Assembly: GCA_051872395.1 (NCBI GenBank)
Contig: JBJEDU010000035.1
Span: 5,740 to 69,739, forward strand
Origin: Bacilli bacterium
GTDB taxonomy: Bacteria > Bacillota_I > Bacilli_A > RFN20 > CAG-826
Direction of reading: 5' to 3'
DNA length: 64,000 bases
Position 1 is the first letter of the stretch. Each line of letters opens with the position of its first letter. The translations under genes were made by a program, and so were the position numbers. The notes beneath the pieces were generated by a model. The model saw only the letters and a list, made by a program, of their open reading frames with translations. It was not told the DNA's origin and searched no databases. Below, in pieces: positions 39,706 to 48,421 of this stretch.

Positions 39706-41380
39706 CTTTGAATGTATCCTTTAAACTTGATAAGGCCACTTTCGTTTCTGCTGCGGTTTCACCGAGTAAAGAAGCAATTTCTTGAACACTTCTCATATTT
39801 TTATCGATAACTTTATTAGTTATTTCGATAGATTTTCTTAATAATTCTTCTTTATTTTGTTTTTCAATCTCTTCATTAGTGATATCTCTCATAATGACGA
39901 TAAGAATATGGAATTGATGATCAAATACAATAGTTTGTTCGACATATTTATTGTATTCAGTCAAATATTCTTTTTTTCCATGAATTGTATCTAAACCACA
40001 TAACACTTTCGCATATAAATCTGGTTCTAATATCGTCGTGACATTTTTACCAGTAACAAAAGAAGAATCAGGAACTCCAATAATCTTACACATTGATTGA
40101 TTCATTAATTGAATGTTTAATTCTTCATCTAACACCATCAATCCATTTGGAGTATTGCTGACAATATTTTCCGAGAAAGATTCCGCTTTATCCATGAGGT
40201 AAGGTAAGCACATTTCTTTAACGGCTTTGCCTTCTAAAATCGCAATCGCTTTTTCTCGGCAAGTATTATATCCACAAGAACCACAGTTGAGTTCTTTTGA
40301 TTTATCATTTTTACCCATTTCTTTTAAAATGCGGTCAATTTCTTTTTCACTTGGTCTGGCTTTTTTAACATTGATTTCATAGAAATCTTTTCTTATATCT
40401 TCATAAGATTTTTCAGAGACTATAAAATCTTCTTTTCCAGCTTTTTGATGGACATATAAATAATCTTGTAATAAAGCTTTTCTTTTTGCATTTAACGCTG
40501 GTCCATTAATACAAGAACCACTACAAGCACTCATTTCAATAAAACAATGATGAACTTTTCCGCTTTCAATATCTTCTAAAGCTCGTAAAACATTATCCAT
40601 TCCATCAATTACCAAATATTGATAGTTTTTATTACGACATTCCATCGATGAAAGAATACCACCTGAAGTAGGAAATAGTCTTGTTTTACTATTGTTATTA
40701 ATTTCATCGTGATCTTGTTTAGAAATTTCAATATTGGCTTCTTTGAGCATATTATCTAATTCTAAAAATGTTAAGACCACGTCAATATAGGCTTTGTTTT
40801 TATCCGATTCATCCTTTTTAGCAATACATGGTCCAATAAAAACAACTTTCGCGTCTTTATGACGTAATTTAATGTCTTCTCCATGAGCGAGCATTGGTGA
40901 AAGGACATTAGCTAAATATGGTAAACATTTTGGATGATGTTTTTGTAAAAGTAAATTAATGGAATGACAGCAAGAAGAAATGATAATATCTTGCTTATTT
41001 TCATCGAGCATTTGATCATATACTTTTTTAACAATTGTCGCACCTATCGCAGTTTCTTCAACATCATAAAAACCTAATTTTAATAGTGCTTCTTTGACAT
41101 TATTAAAACCACAATTACGATACGCGGCAAAAAAGGAAGGGGCTAAAGAGACAATGACTTTCTCCCCGTTAGCGATCATATTTTTGACTAATCTCACATC
41201 ATCACGAATGACTTTTGTGCCTTGTGGACATGAAACATAGCAGCGACCACATAAGATACATTCATCATGGATAATTTTTGCTTGATTAGAAGAAAATGAA
41301 ATAGATTTTGTTGGACAACCTCTAATACATTTATAACAATTTTTACAATCATTTGTTTTGCTAGATAAACAATATTCCAT
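39692..41380 (-). CDS. hydS: Putative sensory [FeFe]-hydrogenase (HydS-like): 2x[4Fe-4S] domain, H-domain, Cx2Cx4Cx16C cluster motif, C-terminal PAS domain
   Basis: CKNCYKCIRGC/CILCGRCYVSC ferredoxin motifs; L1 SSCCHS, L2 GPCIAKKDE, L3 EMSACSGSC; CGSCGYNTC-x16-C; PAS-like C-terminus (aa about 400-520). Confidence 0.75.
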   Translation of the reverse strand: MEYCLSSKTNDCKNCYKCIRGCPTKSISFSSNQAKIIHDECILCGRCYVSCPQGTKVIRDDVRLVKNMIANGEKVIVSLAPSFFAAYRNCGFNNVKEALLKLGFYDVEETAIGATIVKKVYDQMLDENKQDIIISSCCHSINLLLQKHHPKCLPYLANVLSPMLAHGEDIKLRHKDAKVVFIGPCIAKKDESDKNKAYIDVVLTFLELDNMLKEANIEISKQDHDEINNNSKTRLFPTSGGILSSMECRNKNYQYLVIDGMDNVLRALEDIESGKVHHCFIEMSACSGSCINGPALNAKRKALLQDYLYVHQKAGKEDFIVSEKSYEDIRKDFYEINVKKARPSEKEIDRILKEMGKNDKSKELNCGSCGYNTCREKAIAILEGKAVKEMCLPYLMDKAESFSENIVSNTPNGLMVLDEELNIQLMNQSMCKIIGVPDSSFVTGKNVTTILEPDLYAKVLCGLDTIHGKKEYLTEYNKYVEQTIVFDHQFHILIVIMRDITNEEIEKQNKEELLRKSIEITNKVIDKNMRSVQEIASLLGETAAETKVALSSLKDTFKDDIK

Positions 41381-41406
41381 ATTGATTTCCTCAAAAAATT
41401 AGACTA

Positions 41407-41429
41407 TTAACCCCCAAATTGGGGGTTAA
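41407..41429. promoter_or_regulatory. Perfect GC-rich inverted repeat TTAACCCCC-AAATT-GGGGGTTAA in ferredoxin-hydS intergenic region (possible attenuator/processing or protein-binding site)
   Basis: Read directly; U6 tract lies 8 nt downstream on transcribed strand, then RBS GAGGAAAT of hydS. Confidence 0.4.
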
Positions 41430-41443
41430 TCAGTAAAATGTAA

Positions 41444-41689
41444 TTATAATTTTTCTAAAACGTGTTCATTGAATACATCTTGGAAGTTATCTTTATTAAC
41501 ACCAGTGATGATATCATCGTCAATTTTACAACTGACACCATGAATTCCACATTTTCCTAAGCAGAATGTCGCTTTTAAAGTAACTTTTTCTTCAAGATGA
41601 TTTTCGCTGATAGCTTTTTTGAAAAGTTCAATAATGTCATAAGAACCGTTCAAGTGACAGCTCGAACCAACACAGACAAGAATAGTCAT
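41444..41689 (-). CDS. Small thioredoxin-like [2Fe-2S] ferredoxin (NuoE/HndA-like module)
   Basis: 81 aa; Cys pattern CVGSSCHLNG...CLGKCGIHGVSC typical of thioredoxin-like 2Fe-2S ferredoxins. Confidence 0.6.
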   Translation of the reverse strand: MTILVCVGSSCHLNGSYDIIELFKKAISENHLEEKVTLKATFCLGKCGIHGVSCKIDDDIITGVNKDNFQDVFNEHVLEKL

Positions 41690-41692
41690 AAA

Positions 41693-44305
41693 TTAAATAC
41701 CTTTGTAAGCCTTTCTTAATATTTCTTTCATATCATTAACAAGAGGAACTCTTGGATTGGCAGGTGAACATTGATCTTCATAGGCTAAGACAGCGATTTC
41801 ATCAATCTTGCTATCCCAGTCTTCTTGAGAAATTCCACATCCTTCAAAAGAAATCGCTAAGCCAATTTCTTCGCCTAAATTTCTCACTGCAGTCGCTAAG
41901 GAATCGACAGCGACTTCTGGAGTTTCAGCATTTAAACCAAGAAGCTTAGCAATATCTTGATATTTCTTATCGGCACAATAAGTATTATATTTTGGCCAGA
42001 CAGATAATTTAGTAGGAACTTCGCCATTATAACGAATAACATATGGTAATAAGATGGCACATGTATGACCATGAACAGTATGGAATTCCGCTCCAACTTT
42101 ATGGGCTAAAGAGTGAGTCATACCTAAGAACGCATTAGCGAAAGCCATACCGGCGATAGTCGCGGCATTATGCATTTTTTCTCTCGCTTCTAAATCATTT
42201 TTGCCATTTTTCACAGCACGTGGTAAATATTCGAACACTAATTTGATAGCTTGTAAAGCCAAACCATCAGTGTAATCATTGGCCAAGACAGAAACATAAG
42301 CTTCGATAGCGTGAGTTAATACATCCATACCAGTTTGAGCAGTTGGTCGAGCAGGTAAATTAGTGGTAAATTCTGGGTCGACAATCGCGACGGTAGGAGT
42401 TAATGAATAATCGGTAAGAGGATATTTTTTCATATTCTTCTTATCTGAAATAACCGCGAATGGAGTGACTTCAGAACCGGTACCAGAAGTAGTAGGAATA
42501 CAAATTAATTTTGATTTTCTTCCAAGTTCAGGATATTTAAAGGCTCTCTTTCTAATATCCATGAATTTTTGTTTTAAGTCATCGAAATTGACTTCTGGAT
42601 GTTCATAGAATAACCACATTCCTTTAGCAGCATCCATTGGTGAACCACCACCGAGCGCGATGATAGTGTCAGGTTGGAACGCTTCCATCAATTTCACACC
42701 ACGTCTTACAGTTTCAATATCTGGATCTGGTTCAACATCGCAGAATAATTGAACTTGAACAGGACTTCTTCTAAGAGATAATTGTTCAGTAATTTTATTA
42801 ACGAAACCGAAATCGACCATCGAACGGTCAGTAACGATAAAGACTTTATTGACATCACGGCAAGATTGTAAATATTGAATTGAATTTCTTTCAAAATAAA
42901 TTTTGCTTGGAACTTTAAACCATTGCATATTGTTTCTCCTTTTTCCAACACGTTTAATGTTAAGTAAATTGACCGCGGAGACATTGCCTCCGATTGAGTT
43001 ACGTCCATAACTACCACATCCAAGAGTTAAGGATGGTAAGAATGAGTTATAGACATTACCAATACCACCAAAGGTGGAAGGAGAATTCCAAATGATTCTC
43101 ATCGCTTTGCATGCTTCACCAAATTTATCCGCTAAAGCTTGGTCTTTGCAGTGAATTGCTGCGCTATGACCTAAACCATTGAAATTGACACATGAAGCAG
43201 CTAAATGAATACCTTCATCTTCATCTTTCGATTTATATACTGCTAAAACTGGAGATAATTTTTCTCTTGAAAGAGGTTCATCGACTCCAACAGTTTTACA
43301 GAAAGCCGCTAAAACAGAAGTGTCATCTGGGACATCAAAGCCAGCTTGATTGGCAATCCATTTCGCGCTTTGACCAACGATTGTTGGATTTAATTTTGCT
43401 TTGTCGACTTCGCTTGGACTAGAAACTCCGAACATAAATTTTTCGAGCATTTCTTTTTCTTTCTTAGTAACGAAATAAACTTTGAATCTTTTGAATATTT
43501 CAATTGCTTCATCAAAAACTTCTTGGTCGATAATGACTGATTGTTCAGAAGCACAAATCATTCCATTATCAAAGGCTTTAGATAAAACGATATCATTAAC
43601 TGCTTGTTCGACATTCGCAGATTTATTAATATAGGCAGGAACATTACCAGCACCAACACCCATCGCTGGTTTACCACAACTATAGGCAGCTTTAACCATT
43701 GCATTACCACCAGTCGCCAAAATAGTAGCAACACCAGTATGATTCATGAGGGCGGTTGTCGCATCCATTGAAGGATGTTCGACCCATTGAATACAGTTTT
43801 TAGGAGCGCCAGCTTTCACTGCAGCGTCTCTAATCACTTCTGCTGCCATCTTCGAACATTTTTGTGCGCTTGGATGGAAAGCAAAAATAATTGGGTTTCT
43901 TGTTTTTAAACAAATCAAAGCTTTAAAAATAACTGTTGATGTTGGATTAGTAACAGGGGTGATACCACACACGACACCAAGAGGTTCAGCAATTTCAGTA
44001 ATTCCAGTAACTGGGTCATCGCTAATAATTCCAACAGTTTTTAAATGACGCATGTTATTAACAACATATTCACATGCAAATAAATTTTTTGTGGCCTTAT
44101 CTTCGAAAACACCACGTTTTGTTTCATCAATCGCGGCTTTAGCTAAAACACCATGTTGGTCTAAGCCGGCAACACTACATTTTGCTACAATGTAGTCAAC
44201 TTGCTCTTGATTGAGATTTAAAAATTCATCAAGGGCTTCTTTTGCGTTTTTAACAAGTTGATCAACTTCTTCAAACGCTTCAACGCTTACAATTTTTTCT
44301 GCCAT
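41693..44305 (-). CDS. adhE: Bifunctional acetaldehyde-CoA/alcohol dehydrogenase
   Basis: 870 aa; N-terminal ALDH domain with catalytic Cys region (NGMICASEQS), C-terminal iron-ADH domain (GGGSPMDAAK, His-rich metal site). Confidence 0.95.
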   Translation of the reverse strand: MAEKIVSVEAFEEVDQLVKNAKEALDEFLNLNQEQVDYIVAKCSVAGLDQHGVLAKAAIDETKRGVFEDKATKNLFACEYVVNNMRHLKTVGIISDDPVTGITEIAEPLGVVCGITPVTNPTSTVIFKALICLKTRNPIIFAFHPSAQKCSKMAAEVIRDAAVKAGAPKNCIQWVEHPSMDATTALMNHTGVATILATGGNAMVKAAYSCGKPAMGVGAGNVPAYINKSANVEQAVNDIVLSKAFDNGMICASEQSVIIDQEVFDEAIEIFKRFKVYFVTKKEKEMLEKFMFGVSSPSEVDKAKLNPTIVGQSAKWIANQAGFDVPDDTSVLAAFCKTVGVDEPLSREKLSPVLAVYKSKDEDEGIHLAASCVNFNGLGHSAAIHCKDQALADKFGEACKAMRIIWNSPSTFGGIGNVYNSFLPSLTLGCGSYGRNSIGGNVSAVNLLNIKRVGKRRNNMQWFKVPSKIYFERNSIQYLQSCRDVNKVFIVTDRSMVDFGFVNKITEQLSLRRSPVQVQLFCDVEPDPDIETVRRGVKLMEAFQPDTIIALGGGSPMDAAKGMWLFYEHPEVNFDDLKQKFMDIRKRAFKYPELGRKSKLICIPTTSGTGSEVTPFAVISDKKNMKKYPLTDYSLTPTVAIVDPEFTTNLPARPTAQTGMDVLTHAIEAYVSVLANDYTDGLALQAIKLVFEYLPRAVKNGKNDLEAREKMHNAATIAGMAFANAFLGMTHSLAHKVGAEFHTVHGHTCAILLPYVIRYNGEVPTKLSVWPKYNTYCADKKYQDIAKLLGLNAETPEVAVDSLATAVRNLGEEIGLAISFEGCGISQEDWDSKIDEIAVLAYEDQCSPANPRVPLVNDMKEILRKAYKGI

Positions 44306-44311
44306 AATGTT

Positions 44312-44950
44312 TCAATCTTCCTTTAACTTAGTATTTAATTTATGTGAGAGAACGGCGAGTGAACTCGCTAAGTTGACATTTTCCACTATGACGTTCTCAT
44401 TCACTTTTAGAATTGTCGGAGCAAAGTTCCAAATGGCTTTGACTCCTGAATTAATTAATCTATCGCATACTTCTTGAGCGACTTCAGTCGGAGTACATAA
44501 TATTGCGATATGAACATTTAATCGGGGAATTAAGTTTTCAATCCTTTCGATGGAAAATATTTCTTTTCCATTAATGCGAGTTCCTATCTTATTTGGATCA
44601 ATATCAAATCCTGCTAAGATGTTTAATCCAAATTCTTCAAATCCATTAAAGTTCATGAACGCTGAACCTAAATGTCCAACACCAACAATTACTGTTGAAG
44701 TTGAATCACGATAACCGAGATAATTTTCTAAATCATCAATGAGGTCTTGAACTTGTCTTCCAGTTTTTGGTTTACCAGAATTAGAAGTAACAATTTGCAA
44801 GTCTTTACGAACTTGCTCTTCATTAAATCCATTCATCGCAGCAATTTGAGGCGCGCTGGTATGGGTAATACCTTCACTTTTTAACCCCTTCAAATACTTT
44901 AAGTAAATTGGAAGTCTCGCTAATTGTTTAACTGAAATGGGCTTTTCCAC
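44312..44950 (-). CDS. rex: Redox-sensing transcriptional repressor Rex
   Basis: wHTH N-terminus (RLPIYLKYLK), Rossmann GVGHLG; GTG start with RBS AAGGAGAG; 6 nt upstream of adhE. Confidence 0.9.
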   Translation of the reverse strand: MEKPISVKQLARLPIYLKYLKGLKSEGITHTSAPQIAAMNGFNEEQVRKDLQIVTSNSGKPKTGRQVQDLIDDLENYLGYRDSTSTVIVGVGHLGSAFMNFNGFEEFGLNILAGFDIDPNKIGTRINGKEIFSIERIENLIPRLNVHIAILCTPTEVAQEVCDRLINSGVKAIWNFAPTILKVNENVIVENVNLASSLAVLSHKLNTKLKED

Positions 44951-44988
44951 TTGTCTCTCCTTATCAGTATTTTTTTACTGACATCGAT

Positions 44989-45019
44989 ATTATACATATG
45001 AAAATGTATATATGCAATA
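44989..45019 (-). promoter_or_regulatory. Putative rex promoter (-35 TTGCAT, -10 TATAAT on minus strand) with 6-6-6 palindrome ATACAT-N6-ATGTAT in the spacer
   Basis: Read on reverse complement of 44951-45105. Confidence 0.3.
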
Positions 45020-45107
45020 TAAAATGTTTTAAATAAATACTAGTTTGATTATATCAATACTTTTTATAAATAAAAAGAGTAATAAAAAATTACTTTTTTT
45101 CTATACT

Positions 45108-45146
45108 TTAAAAAATAAAAAAATCGTAAGTGAAACACTCACGATT
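45108..45146 (-). terminator. Rho-independent terminator of ATP-grasp gene (stem atcgtaagtg/cactcacgat, loop AAA, then U-rich tract on minus strand)
   Basis: Read directly; 10-bp stem, U7AU6 follows on transcribed strand. Confidence 0.55.
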
Positions 45147-45187
45147 AATAAAAATAATAATGAATAATTACTGAATTTTAAAAATTA

Positions 45188-46384
45188 TTACACTCTTTTA
45201 GAAACAAATTCTTTAAATTCCATTAACTCTTCAAATGTTTCAAATTTCGCCATGAAAAATCTATTTCCCATCGCTCCTGAAAAAATATCTGGATATCTTC
45301 CATACCAACAAAGATTATTTTTAAACTTAGAAATAATGTCATAATCACCATAATAATAATTATGAATATCTCTTCTTGAGGCACATCCAGCATAATATTT
45401 TGGATAATCCATTTTGAAGTTATTAGTGTCATACGCTAAAGAGTCTCCCCAAATTTCATAGCAAGACACACTATTCGCGAAATTTATTAAATCAGGAGTA
45501 TATCCTCCCGCGGGTCTCATATTAGTTTCTAAAGCGACATAGTCACCTTTTCTTCCAAGATTTTTCTTACCTTTTTTTAGTCTAAAAAACTCGAGATGAA
45601 AAAATCTATTTTTAACATCGAATGCTTTGATGACCGCGTGTCCATATTTTTCTAATTTTGTTGGAGTTTTTTTGTTCGTATAATAAAATACATCACTCTT
45701 CTCTTTGACAATATCAGCGATGGAAGGAGGAAATTCATTGGAAGTAAAAAATAACACTTCCGCGGTCGAAGAAGAAATACCATCAAAAGAAACAATATCA
45801 CCATCAATAAATTCTTCAGCGATATAACTGACTCCATCAACTTTTTCATTGAAGAAATTAATTAAATCATCATAGTTATTAATTTTAAAATCACCATACG
45901 CTCCAACACCAACATCAGGTTTAATAAAAATTGGATATTTAACTTCTTCAACGAATTGTTCTAATTTTTCTAAAGTTGATACTAAGATATAACGAGCAAA
46001 AGGAACACCCGCAATCGCATATTTTTCCTTCATTTTAGATTTGTGATTGTAAAACTCAATATCACTACCTCTAACACCGTTTTTAATATTGAACATCTCT
46101 CTTAATTTCGCATCTTTTTCTAGCCAATATTCATTGTTAGATTCTAAATAATCGATGTCATGATATTTATCAACAAAATATTTGACCGCTTTAATTTCAT
46201 TATCAAAATTATCCATATCTGGACATGTGTAATATTCATCTAAACAACTTTTCAGTTCATCGCTAATGTCATTATAAGGAGAATCACCAATACCTAAAGT
46301 AATAAATCCTCTTTTTTTCATCGCTTCGACAAAACGATAATAAGTTTTTGGAAAATGTGGGGATATAAATATAATTTTTTTCAT
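45188..46384 (-). CDS. ATP-grasp domain protein (carboxylate-amine ligase family, unknown substrate)
   Basis: 398 aa, ATP-grasp fold features (KPDVGVGAYGDF, EEFIDGDIVSFDG, ALETNMRPAGG); monocistronic between own promoter region and terminator. Confidence 0.65.
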   Translation of the reverse strand: MKKIIFISPHFPKTYYRFVEAMKKRGFITLGIGDSPYNDISDELKSCLDEYYTCPDMDNFDNEIKAVKYFVDKYHDIDYLESNNEYWLEKDAKLREMFNIKNGVRGSDIEFYNHKSKMKEKYAIAGVPFARYILVSTLEKLEQFVEEVKYPIFIKPDVGVGAYGDFKINNYDDLINFFNEKVDGVSYIAEEFIDGDIVSFDGISSSTAEVLFFTSNEFPPSIADIVKEKSDVFYYTNKKTPTKLEKYGHAVIKAFDVKNRFFHLEFFRLKKGKKNLGRKGDYVALETNMRPAGGYTPDLINFANSVSCYEIWGDSLAYDTNNFKMDYPKYYAGCASRRDIHNYYYGDYDIISKFKNNLCWYGRYPDIFSGAMGNRFFMAKFETFEELMEFKEFVSKRV

Positions 46385-46517
46385 TTAATTAGTCTCCGAA
46401 ATAAAATACTTAAAACATTATAAAGGGAAAGAAATATTTTTCCATTAAAAAGATATGAAAAGATATTTCTTGTTTAAATATTAGTAAGGATATAAATAAT
46501 AAAATAATTAATATTTT

Positions 46518-48419
46518 TTATTCAACTTTATCATCGATGAGGTTGAAATCAATTTGAGAAACATCGAGATTATATCCGTATTTATTAACAGCGAAGCAAG
46601 TTGCAGCTTTATCTAAAATAAATGAATAGTAAGTATCTAAAACTTTATCATTTAAATACAAAACTGTTTTCGCTCCAAGAACGGATTCATTGTTGAATTT
46701 AAGTTTTAAATTTTGACCTTTAATGACTTCTTTTTTATTTGTCACTCTCGTCAAATTATCAAATGGAACAGTAATTTGATATTTATGTTTTCCTTCTAAT
46801 AATATCGAATTAGCGATTTTGATATTATTATTCAATAATTTGAACTTAGAAACACCATTTTTAGTATTAACTAAAACATCAAATTTATTTTCTAAAAGTG
46901 GATATTTACAAGTTAACACAGTGTCCATTTCTTTATTCATTAATACTAAATTCTCTTTCTTGACATAAACAGTAATATCATCATCAACATTTAAATCAAG
47001 AAGAGGTAATTTAACACCTAAATAAGTATCACGATCACTTGTTGAAATATAAAGGAGCATCGAATCTTTTGATTTTTCAATGATTTTGATTTTCGCTTTA
47101 ATTTCAATATCATCGTCTTTCTCTTTTGTTAATGAGAAATTCGCTGTATCAATTTTTAAAACCACATCATGGACACCAGTCCAATATGAAGGAAGGACAA
47201 ACGCTCTTTCGTTTTCTGTTAAAGGAATAAGTTTATCCCCAAGCGTAATTACACCATTATCTCCATCATATCTCGCTAATAAATAATTGAAATTAGTCAA
47301 ACCAGAAATACGATTTTGATTATTTGCATCAAATAGATGAATGTGACGAGTGTGGAATTTAACAGTAATGACATCGCCTTCTTTAATTTCTTTTCTTCCA
47401 TCAATTTTACAAACGATAGGAATTTCTGTTTCATTAATTTTTCCATAGACGATAAGTTCAGAACCAAGTTTTTCAATAACATCGACAAAAACTTTAAAAA
47501 CGTCACTTCCAGAAACTTCATCTGTTTGATAAATTTCTTCTGGACGAATACCAATTTTTACATCTTTGCCGATATAATCTAAACTCACTAATTGGTGAAT
47601 TGTGTCTTCATGTAAAACGATTTTACAAGTCGATTCACCACTTGTTATTGTCGCATAATATTTATTCTTTTCTTTCGATAACTTCGCATCAAATAAATTC
47701 ATTTGAGGCGCGCCTAAGAAAGTCGCGACGAAAATATTTGTTGGATGGTCATATAAATTTGTTGGGGTATCAATTTGTTGAATGACACCATCTTTCATAA
47801 CGACAATTTTACTCCCCATTGTCAAGGCTTCGGTTTGGTCATGGGTAACATAAATGAAAGTTGTTTGAAGTCGACGATGAAGTTTAGTAATTTCGCTTCT
47901 CATTTGAACACGTAGTTTTGCGTCTAAGTTACTTAAAGGTTCATCGAGCAAGAATACTTTTGGTTCACGAACAATACTTCTTCCTAACGCAACTCTTTGA
48001 CGTTGACCACCTGAAAGAGCTTTTGGTTTACGAGTCAAATAATCAGTTAAACCTAATATTTCTGCTGCGGCTTTAATACGTCGGTCAATTTCATCATTAT
48101 CAACATGAGCGAGTCTTAAACCAAATGCCATATTTTCATAAACGGTTTTATGTGGATATAAGGCATAATTTTGGAAAACCATTGTAATATCACGGTCTTT
48201 TGGAGGTAATTCGTTCACTAATGTATCTCCAATATAAAGATCACCTGAAGTAATTGCTTCAAGACCTGCAATCATTCTTAAAGTTGTTGATTTACCACAT
48301 CCAGAAGGTCCAACAAAGACAACGAAATCTTTATCATCGATTTTTAAATTCAAATCGTTGACCGCTTTGACACCTCCATCATAAACTTTGTAAATGTGGT
48401 CTAATTTTAAACTCGCCAT
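46518..48419 (-). CDS. MalK/MsmX-type sugar ABC transporter ATP-binding protein with about 260-aa C-terminal extension
   Basis: Walker A GPSGCGKST, signature LSGGQRQR, Walker B FLLDEPLSNLD, TOBE-like domain to about aa 370, then additional unique about 260 aa. Confidence 0.85.
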   Translation of the reverse strand: MASLKLDHIYKVYDGGVKAVNDLNLKIDDKDFVVFVGPSGCGKSTTLRMIAGLEAITSGDLYIGDTLVNELPPKDRDITMVFQNYALYPHKTVYENMAFGLRLAHVDNDEIDRRIKAAAEILGLTDYLTRKPKALSGGQRQRVALGRSIVREPKVFLLDEPLSNLDAKLRVQMRSEITKLHRRLQTTFIYVTHDQTEALTMGSKIVVMKDGVIQQIDTPTNLYDHPTNIFVATFLGAPQMNLFDAKLSKEKNKYYATITSGESTCKIVLHEDTIHQLVSLDYIGKDVKIGIRPEEIYQTDEVSGSDVFKVFVDVIEKLGSELIVYGKINETEIPIVCKIDGRKEIKEGDVITVKFHTRHIHLFDANNQNRISGLTNFNYLLARYDGDNGVITLGDKLIPLTENERAFVLPSYWTGVHDVVLKIDTANFSLTKEKDDDIEIKAKIKIIEKSKDSMLLYISTSDRDTYLGVKLPLLDLNVDDDITVYVKKENLVLMNKEMDTVLTCKYPLLENKFDVLVNTKNGVSKFKLLNNNIKIANSILLEGKHKYQITVPFDNLTRVTNKKEVIKGQNLKLKFNNESVLGAKTVLYLNDKVLDTYYSFILDKAATCFAVNKYGYNLDVSQIDFNLIDDKVE

Positions 48420-48421
48420 AA

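Noticed and set aside
41194-43422. Nested ORFs in hydS/adhE (41194-41394, 41752-41949, 42706-43023, 43192-43422)
   Set aside because: Alternative frames or antisense within well-supported genes.
44998-45036. 11-codon plus-strand micro-ORF MKMYICNIKCFK in rex upstream region
   Set aside because: Opposite strand to all flanking genes and no RBS; likely chance in AT-rich DNA.
44951-45187. Canonical Rex operator (TTGTGAA-N4-TTCACAA) and the IR atcgtaagtg/cactcacgat as Rex site
   Set aside because: No match to Rex half-sites; the IR is better explained as the terminator of the upstream ATP-grasp gene (followed by a U-run on the transcribed strand).
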